This document shows positions 26,956 through 41,900 of a DNA stretch of 64,000 nt, in pieces. A program made the position numbers and the translations under genes. Position 1 is the stretch's first letter; each line of letters opens with the position of its first letter. The stretch is from Veleropilina oligotropha (lineage: Eukaryota). The notes under the pieces were generated by a model that had not been told where the DNA came from, did no database searches, and saw only the letters and a list, made by a program, of their open reading frames with translations. The stretch spans positions 1 through 64,000 of the forward strand of contig JBEUKZ010000063.1 in NCBI GenBank assembly GCA_048128005.1, written 5' to 3'.

Positions 26956-29900
26956 GTAGTTATTTGTAACTAAAAAATGTCTATTTTATCTCTTATTCGT
27001 GTTTTTGCAAATGTATTGTCATATTTACGTTGATTCGTATTATGGCATCCGTTCGCAGCAATCTGCAATGTGTCAGTGTGTGCCGGTTGCCTATCACGTA
27101 CGATGGTTCTATCATGTCTTGAGAATAATTATGTGCAGCCTGTCAATTCGTTACCACTGACGCATGTAACATTACTTCTAATGACTTAAATGTAATATGT
27201 GCTAGCGACCACGACATATGTGTTGACGATTTCTTTTAGAAAAATGTTTAGTGGTGGCTCTGCTCTTTTAAAAGTTAACTGTAAATAGGGGCCTACTTGT
27301 AATGTTATTTCAACTCAAACAATCTAAAGCGTGGAATAAGACACTTGTATGTTTATAACGACGTATCACTACCTGCATTTAACTAAGTCTATCTTCAACA
27401 GAAGACGTAGTTGAGATGATATCTTAAGCACATCAGACCTATAACCAAGAAGGTCATTGTGAAGGCGTGTGAATATGTGCTAGAAATGCACTAGGAATAA
27501 CATTCATCATAGCGATGCTTCACATCTGCTGAGGATTTCTGCTTGGTCCGACCTCCAAGATGGGCACCATCTTGTATTTGCCGGGTGATACATATATGGG
27601 GTCACAGGTGACCGAGCAATCTAGTTTTAAAATATTAGAAAGTGTCTATAGAACCGGATCCGGTTCCCGACTTTCTAAAACTGAAGAACCGGACCACCGC
27701 CACTTATTGGTCAAATATGTCACGTGCTAACTGTTCGATTCCAACATGGCTGCTGCAACTGTGCAGTTGCGTGTTGTGCCTAAATTATAGTAATACAAAT
27801 GAATGCCCGATCAGGGCTTGAAGCCGCGTCATGGGCAAATATATAAGACATGGAGGTTTTAGTAGTTTTCTACACAACAGTGACAATGTATATAAGATGG
27901 GCAGAATTCGGGCCGCAGGCCTAAAGAAGAAAAAACTCGTCCTCATTAATAACACTATAACACTTAAACCTCCGTCTGAAAGCGCGTGACACGTGACATA
28001 TTTGACCAATAAGTGGCGGTCCGGTTCTTTAGTTGAAGAAAGTCGGAAGCCGGATCCGGTTCTATAGACACTACCAAAATATTATATACATGCATTACTA
28101 GTATTATGATGCTATAAGAGGCAAACCCTGACGGCTTGGGGGCGAACCCTCTCTATACGAATATGCATTTGTGGAGGAACTTCCAGCTATATTAATAATA
28201 TACCATGGATTCAAATGCAACCGTTCAACTTCATGTGCTTATGACTGTTCAAAGCGATTCAATATCTAATAATTTGATATTTTATGTTGCATTTTAACTT
28301 GTGAATGATCAAACAGGTTTGGGAGAAGTCAGTTTTGGGGATATATATCTCAATCAGGATATAAAATATATATTTCGATTGGGATTTACAATTTTGAAAT
28401 TTGTTTTTTGAAGTCACCTAACAATAACCTCACAAATGTTAAGTATATGAGGCCATATATAGTAAAAAAATCAACAACAATTTCTGATATTGTCGATTTT
28501 TCGCCGTGAATACCATCCACCACTAATTAGTTATGGACCACAATGTCTCAGAGTGGATGATTCAAACTCACTCCTGCTATTATTAAAAGTCTCATGAATC
28601 ATTGCCTCGATCAACTTGTGTGCCATTTTCTCCAGTGCATTCTGTTATTCATTTCAGTATGTAATGAACTGTCAGTATTTGAGTTTCACTGAAACGTTTG
28701 GAACAGAAACTATGTTGGAACCAGATGTGACAACTGGGTTTCGAACAGTGTTTTTTTTCATTTTTGGTGATGTTTTGAACTTTTCTTTACATGTGTTTGT
28801 TATTTCACAACAAGCGACATTTGGTGTTCTAATGTGCTGACTCAGAGCATGAATCGTGATGTACAGTACTGATTTCATCGCTTATCTCTTCCTAGGTAGT
28901 CGCTTTGAGTTCTTTTCAAGATAGAGATATATATGCAACTTTGGACAATATATGTTCTTTTTTGACGTAACGGGCATTGTAGTATTCTGTACGGAGATAT
29001 CTTTGGAATCTGTCATGTTTTATTCGTACCATTTCATTGTAGCCTTGCCTTCTTTCAGATTGGTCATGAACCAGTTCCACCAATACCTCAAAAAAGCATT
29101 TTTGGTTCCGTCAAGTTATACTATCCAAATGTCTTTAAATATAGTAAGTGCTATGATAATTTTCAAAGTATTAACCTCAATAAGACGATGGCTTCATTTA
29201 TCAAATCTGGAACTAATGGTGAAATCATGTGAAAATGCACTTAACATGAAGAACATGACAAAAAATTATACTCTGTCTGTACCAATATATTGAAGAGCTT
29301 TTAAGTTTATGTCAGTGGAGACCATTTAATTATAGTAAGGTGAAGTTCATTTATTGTAACCATCTTGTACTGTATTTCGAAATTTAACAGTTTAATTATC
29401 AACATATTTTTTATTAAATATAATGACTCGAAGAACTTCCTCAGCAACATTTCTATTATAAATTAATATTATTTTGTCTTACATTCCCTGTAGAAATCAA
29501 AGTTTATATTAAGGAGTTTGTTGATTTCATGTGTGCTATTTTATGCTGAAAATAACTTTCTGGGTTTTTTCCTAATTTAAAATAATTAATTTCTTTTCTT
29601 CTTTTCAGTTAAACAAATTAAAAGTACCGATGGCTTTCTTGGCTTGTTTCGAGGGGTGATGCCTCGTATTGTAGGGGGCGCTGTTGGCAACGCAGTGCAA
29701 AGCTCGGTTCAGGAGGTAAACTAAAAGCAATACTCATAAATATTTATTGTATGGCACATTGCATTTACATTACAACACGATGGTGGAGGTGTGATGAAAT
29801 TTTACGTTTTAAGCCCAGATCCACCTCATCGGTGTTTTAGTAGGCCAGTTAAAAATATTAATATATTTTAGTGGTCATTGTTGATAGATCTTCATTTAAT

Positions 29901-32900
29901 TTTTCCTGAAAATCTTTAATGTTTATATTTTAGTTTTTCAAAAGGAGGAATGACAAGCAGCAAGTGGACGGCGGCTCAAAAGACAACGAAGAGTTTGTTG
30001 ACTGGTTCAAGAACTTCCTGGTGATGGTAGGTGCATACTCTACAGATATGAAGGTGTCTGCTCTTGGTTTTCACCGGAGATTAATGACATGCATAGTTTT
30101 GACAATATTTTAACGCAGGATTGGCAGAAACTATTCATTACTGATAGAGTGAAGAATGATTACTCACTTTCAAACTTTGATGTATAAATTATATGGTGTA
30201 TTGTACATGAATTGCATGGTTTGCATCTTGCCTTGCAGACGTCTCAAGAATCCGCTGCTAAATGCCTGGGGATCATCGTCAGTCAACCCTTTCATGGTCA
30301 GTGGTCAGTCAACCCTTTCATGGTCAGTAGTCAGTGGTCAGTCAACCGTTTCATGGTCAGTGGACATTGCAAGATGATAATTGTAGAAATATCCTGAGAT
30401 AAAAAACACTGGTCTGTAGAGATAATCTGATATAAACCCAACTTGTAAACCCAATTTAACTGTATTTTAAAAGCATTTATATAGTTTCATTTAAATATGT
30501 GCCATATAGAGATTTGTCGACCCGATTCAAGGGCTGACTGTGATGGAAACATTGTTAGCATCATCATGAAACATCAATCAATCTAATCCAGTTATAAAAT
30601 GCAGAAGTGAAGGCAAGTTAGCTTGAAAACGTGTGAAGTCTAACCATTACTGTTTACTTATAGTTATCATGCTCAGGTCTATGGTGCAGTTTGTAGGCGG
30701 TGAGGACAAATACAGGTGAGTCCATAGCACTGCATATATGTGTGAAGCGTATTCAATAGAGGTAGTTATAATTACTTACTGTTTGCGGTATAGATATGAG
30801 TTTCTTGAATTGTAATTTATTGTATTCAAAGTTTAAACACCCATAATGACCGTTAATGGTAACAGCAAGAGGTTGCAAATTAAGTACTAGTAATTTGTTA
30901 CTGCAAACAAGATGTTTCAATTTGGGTGAATAATGGTTACAAGTTTTATTTATCCTGTAAGTACATTCTTTAAGATTTTTAATTTTCCATTTCTAATGTT
31001 GTTTCTTTGCAGTGGAATTATCTCTCCATTTCGGGAAATATACCAAATTGATGGAATTTTAGGATTTTTTGCGTAAGTACCATTATAAATGGATAATCTG
31101 ATTGACCATACACTGAACATAATGATAAAGGGCTTGGCTACACAACTCTGCATTTCTTTTGATCAAAATGCTAAAAGTACGCGGTTATTGATTGATAAAA
31201 CGGTCACATGGTTGGTAATTGCTTTTATTATATGCCAGTCGTTTTCTGACGCCTATTCTCGCGCAGTTTTCCGAGACCCTGTATCACGCACACGACTGAT
31301 AACCTTTCAGAAAACGTCTCCTGCTTATCATACCATACAGGGAAGCGCCTCGATTTCATCTTTGATACAGGGACGCAGCTCTGTATAGAAGATTCCAAAA
31401 TGGAATAGAAATATTCAAACGCAGAGTCGACATTTTTGGAGCAATTAAGAATAGACCAATCTGCGCTCAGGAAAATACTCCTCATACGATCGAAGTCTGC
31501 GGCTTTGTAGTTTCTTACAATTCTATCAGCATATGCTCCGAAATTATTGTGTATACCGGTTAAGGTCATTTGTACCATTAGTGGCATGGTACCATCTCCT
31601 TGGTACACGAAATTTACTATTTTAAGGAAACAACTGAAACAATCACAAAAATATAAATATTCTGAATACATTAAAAATGTAGAATCTGACATCAATAGTA
31701 ATCCTAAGCGATTTTGGGGGTTTATAAAAGGTAAAAAAAAGGAAGGGTCTATCCCTTCAACTGTATCAAATGATGACACATCGTCATCGGACAAAAGGGA
31801 AATTGCAGGCATGTTTAATTCATTCTTTGAAAGTGTTTTTAACTCCACACAGGTTACCCTTTATCCCGAATTTAATCCTGGCCATAACCAGGAAACTCCA
31901 TTCAACTGTATTACAATTACTTGTTCAGACGTCCAAAAGTCTCTTGCCAACGTAAACACAAAGAAAGCAAGCGGCTATGATAATATTTCTGGAATTGTTT
32001 TCAAACAATGTGCTAATGAGCTTTGTGTACCTATATGCAACCTTTTTAACATGTCCCTTAAGACAGGAGTTTTTCCAGATATCTTCAAGAAAGCTAATGT
32101 CATTCCCATTTTTAAATCTGGTGCTAAAGACGATGTAGCGAATTATAGACCGGTGTCACTTTTACCAATTTTATCGAAGATTTTTGAAAAACTTGTAGAT
32201 CAGAAGTTCTCCATATTTGTTAATTCCTTAATCTGTGACGAGCAACATGGTTTTACACGTAACAGGTCGACAAACACCAACCTAGCTTGTTTCACTGATT
32301 TTATTTCAAAGGAAATGGATCAGAAAAGGGAAGTCCATGCCATTTACACGATTTTTCGAAAGCGTTCGATTCCGTCTCTCATGCTCTTCTGCTGTATAAA
32401 CTGAAAATGTATGGTATTTCCGGTTCTTTATTAGACTGGTTTACTTCATATTTGAACCATAGGAAACAGCGCGTTGCAGTACATGGTTGCATGTCTGACT
32501 GGTGTAATGTTCTTTCTGGGGTACCACAGGGTTCGATACTTGGACCTAGACTATTTTTGTTATATATTAACGATTTACCATCAGTACTTAAATCTTCCCA
32601 GTGTATTTTATTTGCTGATGATGGAAAATTTTACAAATCTGTCTGTTCTTTAATTGACTGTAAATTATTGCAAGAAGATATAGATATGGTGTACGGTTGG
32701 TGTGCCAAATGGTTGATGAAAGTAAATGTAAAAAAATGTTGTCAAATACATTTTACAAACAAAAGAAACCGCCTAAATTTTACATATTCGATGGGGGGAG
32801 GAAACTTGAAAACGGAAAATCACATAAAAGATCTTGGTGTATGGTTGTCCTCTGATCTAAATTACAGAGTTCATATAAAGAAAACGATCTCCAAAGCACT

Positions 32901-35900
32901 ACAAATGTTAGGGTTTCTCAAACGCTGTTGTAGAAGCTTCACTGATGTTAAGGCCTTAAAATCTCTATATATGTCTCTGGTCAGGTCTAAATTGGACTAC
33001 TGCAGCGAAATTTGGTTACCATATCAAATAACATACATAAATGAAATTGAATCTGTACAAAAGAAATTTATTAAATTCTTATGTTACAAGTCATACCATT
33101 CATATACAACATACGAAGATGCATGCAAGTATTTCAACATTCCAACATTGCAAGTCAGACGAGAATTTTCGGACTACATATTTTTATACAAATGTGTTCA
33201 CAGTCTGTTTAATTGTCCATATCTTATAAGGCAAATTTGTTACGTACCATGTGCCAAAGAGGAATCTTAGATCTAATGCCGTTTCAATTTTTTATTGTCG
33301 TTGTTCTCGTTTACTTGTAACAAAGAACTCACTTTTACAAAGGGCTCAATCCAAATTTAATGCCTTGATTTTAAATATTAACCTGGATATAATGGGGAAC
33401 AACTTAGACAGTTTTAAGTTCAAACTAAAAAAATATTTATTTTAATACAAATTTTTATTAATTACACATTTTATAATTGTAATTGTAACTGGATCAGGTA
33501 TATTTTATTGATTGTACATGTGTGATATGTTATGTATATGTAGCTATTTGTGTTTTACTTGTTATCAATTCTGTAATTGGACTGTATGGTCTGTTGAATT
33601 GGAAATAAAATAATAAAATAATAAATATATGCGCAAGAAACCGTCTCCTGCTTATATATTCAAGGAACTACTTCCAAAGCAGTCACGTGTCAAAACACAG
33701 CTGTTCACATTCAATAACGATCTGAGTGGACAGAGGCAGACGTCATTTGATTAAAATACCATAGAGAAAAATGTACAAAATTAGAAATTAATTATTATAT
33801 ATTAGAATAAAATGATGTACATGTATGCAAAAAATAATTATTTATAAGACTTACTTGCACAGATTAATTAGCAGTACGCCACTAACGTCGAGAATGCGTT
33901 CCCCATTTGGGCGTACAACTGTACAGGGAATACAAACGGTAGCGACCAGACGATCTTCAGAACTCACCGAAATACCCCTTTAATCTGTCCATAAACCACG
34001 CTAGAAAAGCTGCTGGTAATTTGTACAAATCTCAACCTCTTGGCGAAGGCAGTATCCGTAATGGTAATATGCGATTATGCTCAACATTGAGCCCGGCACA
34101 TTACCGGGAGAAGAAGATATAACAAATGGCGGTCTTCATGGCAGGAAACCAAATCACGAGCTCACGTACGTTCCGAAGTCCTCCAGTACCATATACATAA
34201 TAGTCCCGTTCCAGTCAGTCATCGAAGCAGCATTCAAATATCCTTATACACCTGCACTTTCAGCATAGCCATAACAATTAATTCAACTCGATAAACGAAC
34301 ACGTCTGACCACGTTACTTGTTTGTTCCGTGTTCATTCGCCTAAGAAATAGTTCCCATTTAATCACCTTAATTTAGATTCACGAAAAGCGATAGATGGTA
34401 AATAATTAGTTAAATATTATATAAATGGTATTTCTAATACATGTCAGAAATTTTTTTGCTTATAAATGTGTTGTTGTCAAATATACGGCAGAACGCAAAT
34501 TATTCATTGGCCTACTGTCAAAATAGACGTAGTAAGTTTCATTCATAAAAACCGCATAACATGTATACTGTTCCACGTTGTCATATAGTTCACGTTATTT
34601 AAATAAAACCGACAATTTCTTCACATAAACTGGTTTGTATTTTTTCGTATAATAATTGACAGGATTGATTGTGGCATATAATAAAAATGTTATCAGTATT
34701 GTGTGGATTCTGTCACCTCGGAAACCTCTCGTGAGGTCGTAGTTTTTGCGGCGAATTAATCCGCTCGAACTTCGTTCTCGCGATTAATCCCGCCGCAAAA
34801 ACTACGACGTCACTCGAGGTTTCCGAGGTGACAGAATCCACACAATACTGATAACATCATTAGCCTATGTAGAATTGACTAAGAGTACAGAAAAGTTCTG
34901 ATTGGTGATCAAGTTCTACATTTGATGTACCGGTAATATTTTTTCAAACTTTTCAGATCGCTAAGTTGCCGACAGAAACACTTACAAACAACATGGCCCT
35001 TACCCCAATCTTACAAACCCAATATAAATATCATATTTTATTAATTGCAGCAACACTTTATAATCATTAAATATTGTTACATACCAATGTTTGTTTAAAA
35101 ATGAAACTGTCAAAAATAATTAATATACATGCGCAATAATTAAAATTACCGTAAATATTGACTTTTTATTTCTACTATGTTCCCCACTGACTGAGGTAAC
35201 CCTGATTATCAGCCAATGAGAATTGTGCATTTCTGCTGTAATACTATTAATTTTGTTGACATGGTTGTGACACGTGCTTGCTCCAAGCTAATCCAATAAT
35301 AAAAGAAGTTAATTAACATGGGATTGTTCAACATTGAGAGACAATAGTAGTCTTCTGTCAATAAAGCATTTACTGATGGAGTTACAATGCGTGACATGAA
35401 CAAAGCCTTGAATGGTGTAGGGTGATGTATTATTTCACTTGCCAATTAGAAATTTTACAGTCAAAACATCGTATGTAGGTTTATTTATTGTTTAATGCCA
35501 ATAATGGTAGACATAATTTTTGAAAAGCCAGGATGATGATATTTTCTGAAAGTTAGGTTTCGACTTATAAGCGCGTCATGCAAATGTATCTGGTTTAAAG
35601 GGTGAAAGTTAGGGGTTGACTTATGTCAGAAGTAGACTTGTGCGCGGACAAATACGGTATATAACATAAAATTAAAATTTCTGTGTGTGATTTTGTTGCA
35701 GTTATTTGAAGTTTGCAACTCATGGGATATCTGATTTATTTTTCAGTGGCTTAGTTCCTCGGCTAATAGGAGAAGTGATTGGGCTGTGGATCACCAACTT
35801 AGTGGCTCACCTATTCAACAAATATGTCACTGAGGACAAGGTGAGAGATCCAACAATTGCTGGGAAACGAACTCGACTGTGTCCATCCTTCGGGTGCTGC

Positions 35901-38900
35901 TATCATAAGTTCTTTGCACTATTTTCTCCACGTGGTAGAATATGACGATTGTTTTCTGTAGTGGTATAATATAAATGTATTTACAACAATGCCCTTGTAT
36001 GTGGCCCAGGATACATTTAATGGTGTATTCATTTAGTGCTGTTTTCATGGATTGCAGAACCATTTCAGAAAAATCTCATAAAGTTGACTATTGAAGATAT
36101 AAACTATCAGTCCATATTCTTAATCTTGTGAGGGCAGAAAGCACGTGTTAGGAATAATATATGTAAATGTTGTGGTCCGATGCCATTCAGTAATTGGTCA
36201 GTGATAATTTGAATTTTTAGAGGCTATTCATGGAATGGTCATTGATAATGAGACTGTTAAGGGATTGGTCATTGATAATGAGTCTGTGCAGGGATTGGCC
36301 AATAATGGGGCTATTCAGGGATTGGTCAGTGTTAATGAGGCTGTTCAGGGATTGGTCAGTGATAATGAGGCTGTTCAGGGATTGGTCATTGATAATGAGG
36401 CTGCTTAGGGATTGGTTATGTTTGTTCATGCTTGGTGTTCTAGGTCCCATTCACCTTCGTTATTCCCCGTAATCTAAAGGCACTATTGGTAAGCTTGTTG
36501 ATATTATATAATTAAGAAGTCAGTTGTTTTGCAAAATGTCGTTTTTGTTTTTTCATTTTGTATTCTGACAAAATGTTCATGTGGTTTAATTCAATTATGA
36601 TTTTAATTCCTTTTATTCAATTTAAGATTTTTTGTTTATTGTTCATGCAACTTTATTGTGTCAAATTACTGTTGGGAGGCCCATAAACAGTTTTGCGACT
36701 TCTGTCATGATTGGATTTGAATTGTAATTTATTGTCCAAATATTAAAGGCCCTTGAATTATACACCATGTTACGAAGTGTTTTGGTGTACATGTATAAAG
36801 TATCAGTTGGTTCGTCCTTCCGACTGACTTAGTCCGGATCCTATATCCATTACCGTAGAGGCTACCACCTTGAAACTTGTTACACAGGTTAACTTGGGTG
36901 AGTACCTATGACTTGTGCTATTTACAAGAAAACTGATGTAAGATGGATATGGACTACATGTACAAGGGCCTTTATCCAGATATATATATTTATGTATCCT
37001 AAATTTTCCAGGCTAGGTTCCAAAATTTGTTACACACATTAACAATATTGATTACTTGTGCCTATTCAGTATTGCTACTTGCAAGGTCCTGAAAATTTTA
37101 TTTTTATTGCAAAATATAAAGAAGATCAAAGTGTACTTTAATGGGTGAGGCTTTTTGTCCAGCGCATTTCTCCAAAACAATACATGTAACTTTTCTGAAA
37201 TTTTTTGCACACCTGCATTACGGTGAGTACTTTTCAAATTTAAATTTAAAAAAAATAAAACTCCAATAGTGACTACCGTGATGATTGGCGGATGTCTAGC
37301 ATACCACAAGGATACTTTTTTTGCCGGACACAAGTTTTCAATATTTTGTCACATCTTCCATCAGTGAAAATAAAATATTCACGTCTTGTTTATTAATAAT
37401 TGACAACATGTTGATAATATAAGAGTGAAAGCACCGAGTGAGGTATGTGAGATGTGCACACTTTCATATTGCGAAAGATAGAAAGACAATAATATCTGGT
37501 AAAGCCGATCCCACCATTAGTACCGGATTACCATGACTGTTCACTGTGAAGTGTATTAACTAAGGGTCTGAACGTACTGTCGACCAACAAACAGGGGTGT
37601 TGACTATAAACTAATATATGTAAACAATTTGTTTCAATTATGTTGTAAGTAATTTGTTGTGAATGTAAATTTATACAACATTTTCAAATTTTTGTGCTGA
37701 TATTAAAGAAAACACGTTCACACGATGCTGACACAGGACAGACCTGTGCACTTACATTAGGGTTTCTATATTGAGTCATGATAGATTTTGATTATAACAA
37801 ATATATATATATATATTAATTGTAATAATAATTAATCGAGGTTGTTTCATGAATTAAGTCATTGACTACATGTACTGTGAATAATACATATGTAGTTACA
37901 AACTTACTTACGTCCTTACTCTTGCCATAATAGTCATATCATCGCTAACCGGAAACAGTGAATAATGTCACATTAAGCACTTATTAAGTCAAAACGTACC
38001 ACGATTACCTCCCCTGCTCCCGCTCTCTAAGTTCCCCCGGCGAGATCTCGCCAAGTCTCGCGAGATATCCGAGCTCGAGATCACAAGACCTCAATTCAAA
38101 GTTTTCCGCCGAGACGGAAAGACGTGTTTTTTGCTCCGCAAATATTTCGAAATGTCCGCCGATTTATACGTTAAATCGAGGACGCTATAATTCTTATATA
38201 TTAATATATAAGTTGTGGAATATACCCTGTGTTGTGGATATCTAAAACACAAGTGAATATAGGAAGATTGTGATTCTAAACTTCGAGAAGTTCTGAAAAT
38301 CAAGTGAAACCGACATCGCCGCTGTTGCAGGGAAAAGCATGGCCGCTCAGAGGGGAAGTTTCGTGTAATAAGAAGAAATTTCTGGTCGGTATTTTTATCT
38401 GATATTGTTTGAGACTGCAAACAGGTAACTCATTATATTGGATAATTCCTTAACGACGCTATTGCTGGTTATTATTGTATAAAAATTCTAGCGTTAATAG
38501 GCAGGATCGTTTCGATATCACGCTTGCGTTTTTCTGTTATCCTGCCGTTTCTGGGATAATACACAATTGTACTAACATAAAAACATCCACGAGGTTTTCA
38601 GGTGTTTTTCTGGGCGGTTTTTTCTAAGAGAGAACCCCCGTTTGTTCTAGTCAATTTGCCGGGTTTTTTACCGGGTCGTGTCGGGTAAATACCCGGCCTC
38701 GGTGTTCCCAGCTCGGGGTTTTTTGCGGTATATCGCCTGATCTTTGATCTTCAGATCAGGGCAATTTTTAAGAGTTGTCGTAGTAAATAGTCACAACTAC
38801 CAAATATATACTTTTAACTACCCCGTTCCGCCCACTACTACCCTCCCGTGTATTCAGGGAAAGGGAAGTATGGTCCGGTGCAACTCCGGGTGTAACCCGT

Positions 38901-41900
38901 AGTTTCACGGATTTCTAGGCGCACGGAATGCCGTGTTCACCGTAACTGACAGTAAGTCTTATATATGTGAACTGTGCCTAGATTTAACAGCAGGCAGTGG
39001 GCGAGCGTATATCCACCGATGAAGCCGACCAGTGCGGTTACCACGGTGGGTTCTCCCCCGAGAAGGGACAAAATGGTAGGTTAAAGGGTATTAACGTTTT
39101 TTTGTCTACTTCAGGGACGCTGAACGACAGTCGACCATAAAGGAATACCGTCTGTCGCCGGATCTACCGGCGTAACCTCCGCGACTCATGGGGGAGTCGC
39201 CGTAACCTTGCCGGGACCCCAGATTCAGGTAGGAGCCCGAGTGCTGTTCGATCCTCCTAAAACGGGCCTAGTAACTGCAGCCAACCATACCTTGCCGGCT
39301 AGCAAGGTATATCTGGCAACGCAGCGAACCGCTGAACAGGGCAGACATTCCCCATCCTTTTCTTCGGCCTCGAAGAATAAGGGGACAGTTAGTCCTTCTG
39401 CGGGAAACTCTCCGTTTAACGACGGGGAGCGACCCAATGAGAAAGCCTTTAAAGAGGCCGCACACCATTACGATGGTCTAAGATCCGGACAATTGGCGAC
39501 ACCTGAATCCTCGTTCGAGACCGACGCGACTACCCCTAAGGGTTTTCCGCTCAACCTCGATGCTCACGAGCTTTTCAGAGGGCCCGTTCTCTCCCGTGCA
39601 CCCACGATGGTCACGCTAGAGAACGTGGACAGACCGGCTGCGTTCGGGACGGGGTTCTACGGCGGTTTTCCGACCGTGCCTCTCTCGAACAGAGTGGTAG
39701 ACCGATACGGACTGTTGCCGCAGTCCTACCGGTCGTCCGGCCCACCGAACCTGCCTTCGGGCCGTTCTTTCGGGTTCGACCACTCGACACGTGTCCCGAG
39801 ACCCTAAAAAAAGGGTTCTCGGCTACACCTGTCCATGCAGCCCGTCTACCTAGCGCCACGGTGACTTCGACCGAACTACCGGCTGTTAGTTCGACGCCCG
39901 TCATGCCTCCGGGTTTCTCTTTAGAGAACGTCCAGGCTATGTTCGCGGCGGAGTTCGAGTCCCGATGTCGGGCCTGGCAACCGGCTTCCTAGCCGCTCCA
40001 GGTACCTACACCTCTGCCTGTGGCGCAGAGCACGGCTCCTGCCTCCGTGGTGGGGATCGAACCTCGTTCCGACGAGGACCTCGACTCCACTCACTCCGAC
40101 CTCCCTGTATCGGTCGGGCCCGAAGACGCTGGTAGTCTTCCAGGCACGCAGGAGCCGACCTCCACCACCCGCCGAACTCGACGCTGTTGCGTCACTTCGC
40201 GGGGTGCTTGACCTGCCGGAACCGACTCGGTCGTATGTAGGCCCGGTCAAGCACAGGACGGCGGCGCATCGGTTTGTTGAGAAGGAAGCCCCCTTGCTTC
40301 CTTCCTTACCTCAGTCCGGGCTGGTTGATCGGGTGTTGACTCGACAACCAAGCTCAGTCGGGGGCGCAATCCGGTGGAGTCCTCCCCACTGACCGAGTAC
40401 CCTTCGGGGTTCCGTAGTGGGAGGTACCTCCGGGCCAGTTCGCGTTCGATCCCGTTCGCATGTACTGGTCCGTGCCTGGCGACTGAGCCGGCTCGTGTTG
40501 ACGCAGCGTTGCGTTGACTGACCGCCAGTCACACTCCCTCTGTAGCGAGAGTTCCTGGGTTCGCCTTGGAAGCTTTCGAGAGCTCCGCCCGATGGGCTCT
40601 GCGGCTGTCGTCCGTTCAGGATTTTTCCTAGACGGGGCGATAGCCGTATTACAGGAGGATGGACCCGGCGCCCGTGGGCTGCCCTGTCCTTCCTCCAGGA
40701 GGTTGCTGCCGTTATGGAGACCAACGCGTTGGAGACGGGACGTGTCCTGGGTAACGCACTCCTACTTCGTAGGGTCGCTTACCTTGAAGGCACCTCGCTA
40801 GATGAGGCCACCCGGCGCTCGTTGCGATGAGTGCCTTGCTCGGCCACCACTCTTTTTGGCGACAACTTTACGGAGTTCGTCGACAAGAGAGCGGCGGACA
40901 TGAAGGACCGTGCCATCGAGAAGGCGGTACTGCACCCTACCCGGGGTCCACCTGCCGACTCGAGGAAGCGCTCAGGGCCCACCCGGACCCCGAAGCCTTC
41001 CAAGCGTGCGAAGCCCTCTTCGGGTGGTAGGCCCCCGGCCATTACCCCACTCCGAAGAGGCAAGCACCTCCAACAAGCTCCCGTCAGAGCGGGAGAGGGA
41101 AGCCTCGGCCCTAGGGCTGCCGGCACACACGACAGTCCCAGCTGCCCGCTTCCGCCGGTGGAAGCGTATCTGTTAGCGTACAGCCAGCCGTGGCTAGACT
41201 ACCAGACAGTAGCTGGGTCCCTCCGTCGTGAGTGCCGGATACAAGTTGGTTCAACCGGCATCCGACCCTAAACGAGGCACCACCACCAAGACACGCTCGC
41301 CTCCTAAACGGAGAGAAGCGAGCGGTCTTAGACCAGGCAGTGCGGGACCTACTCCTCAAGGAGCAATATATCCCGCGCCGCCCAGCACACCAGGATAATA
41401 CAGCCATTTCTTCCTGGTCCCGAATCCTGATGGCCGCTAGCGACCGATCTTCGATCTCTCGTAAACTAATATCTTCGTACCGAGAAATTCCAGCAGGAAA
41501 CCCTCTCGAAGATACGAGCGGCCATCCATCCGGGCGACTGGGCAGCGTCTATCGATCTGACCGACGCGTATCTGCATGTCCCGATGCATATCACGGCTCA
41601 TCAGTACCTTCGGTTTATACACGGGGAGACGATCTACCATTCAGGTGCCTACCGTTCGGTCTATCGTCAGCCCCGTACGTCTTCACGAGAACAGTACAGG
41701 CCCTTAGGGCCTTCCTACACTCTCTAGGGCTCAGGGTACATATATACCTCGACGACTGGCTGATCCTCGGGGCGTCCCGAGATCTGTGGCTCCGGTCTAC
41801 GAGCTTTACCCTGTCATCAACGAAGCGCCTGGGATTTCAGATCAACGAGACAAAATCCGGCTTCGTGCCCTCGACGACGTTTACGTTTCTCGGGGTCGAC

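Noticed and set aside
33866..34330. GC-richer island in MTCH2 intron 7
   Set aside because: The frames I translated have stops and no recognisable motif, and no clear termini were found. Left unannotated.
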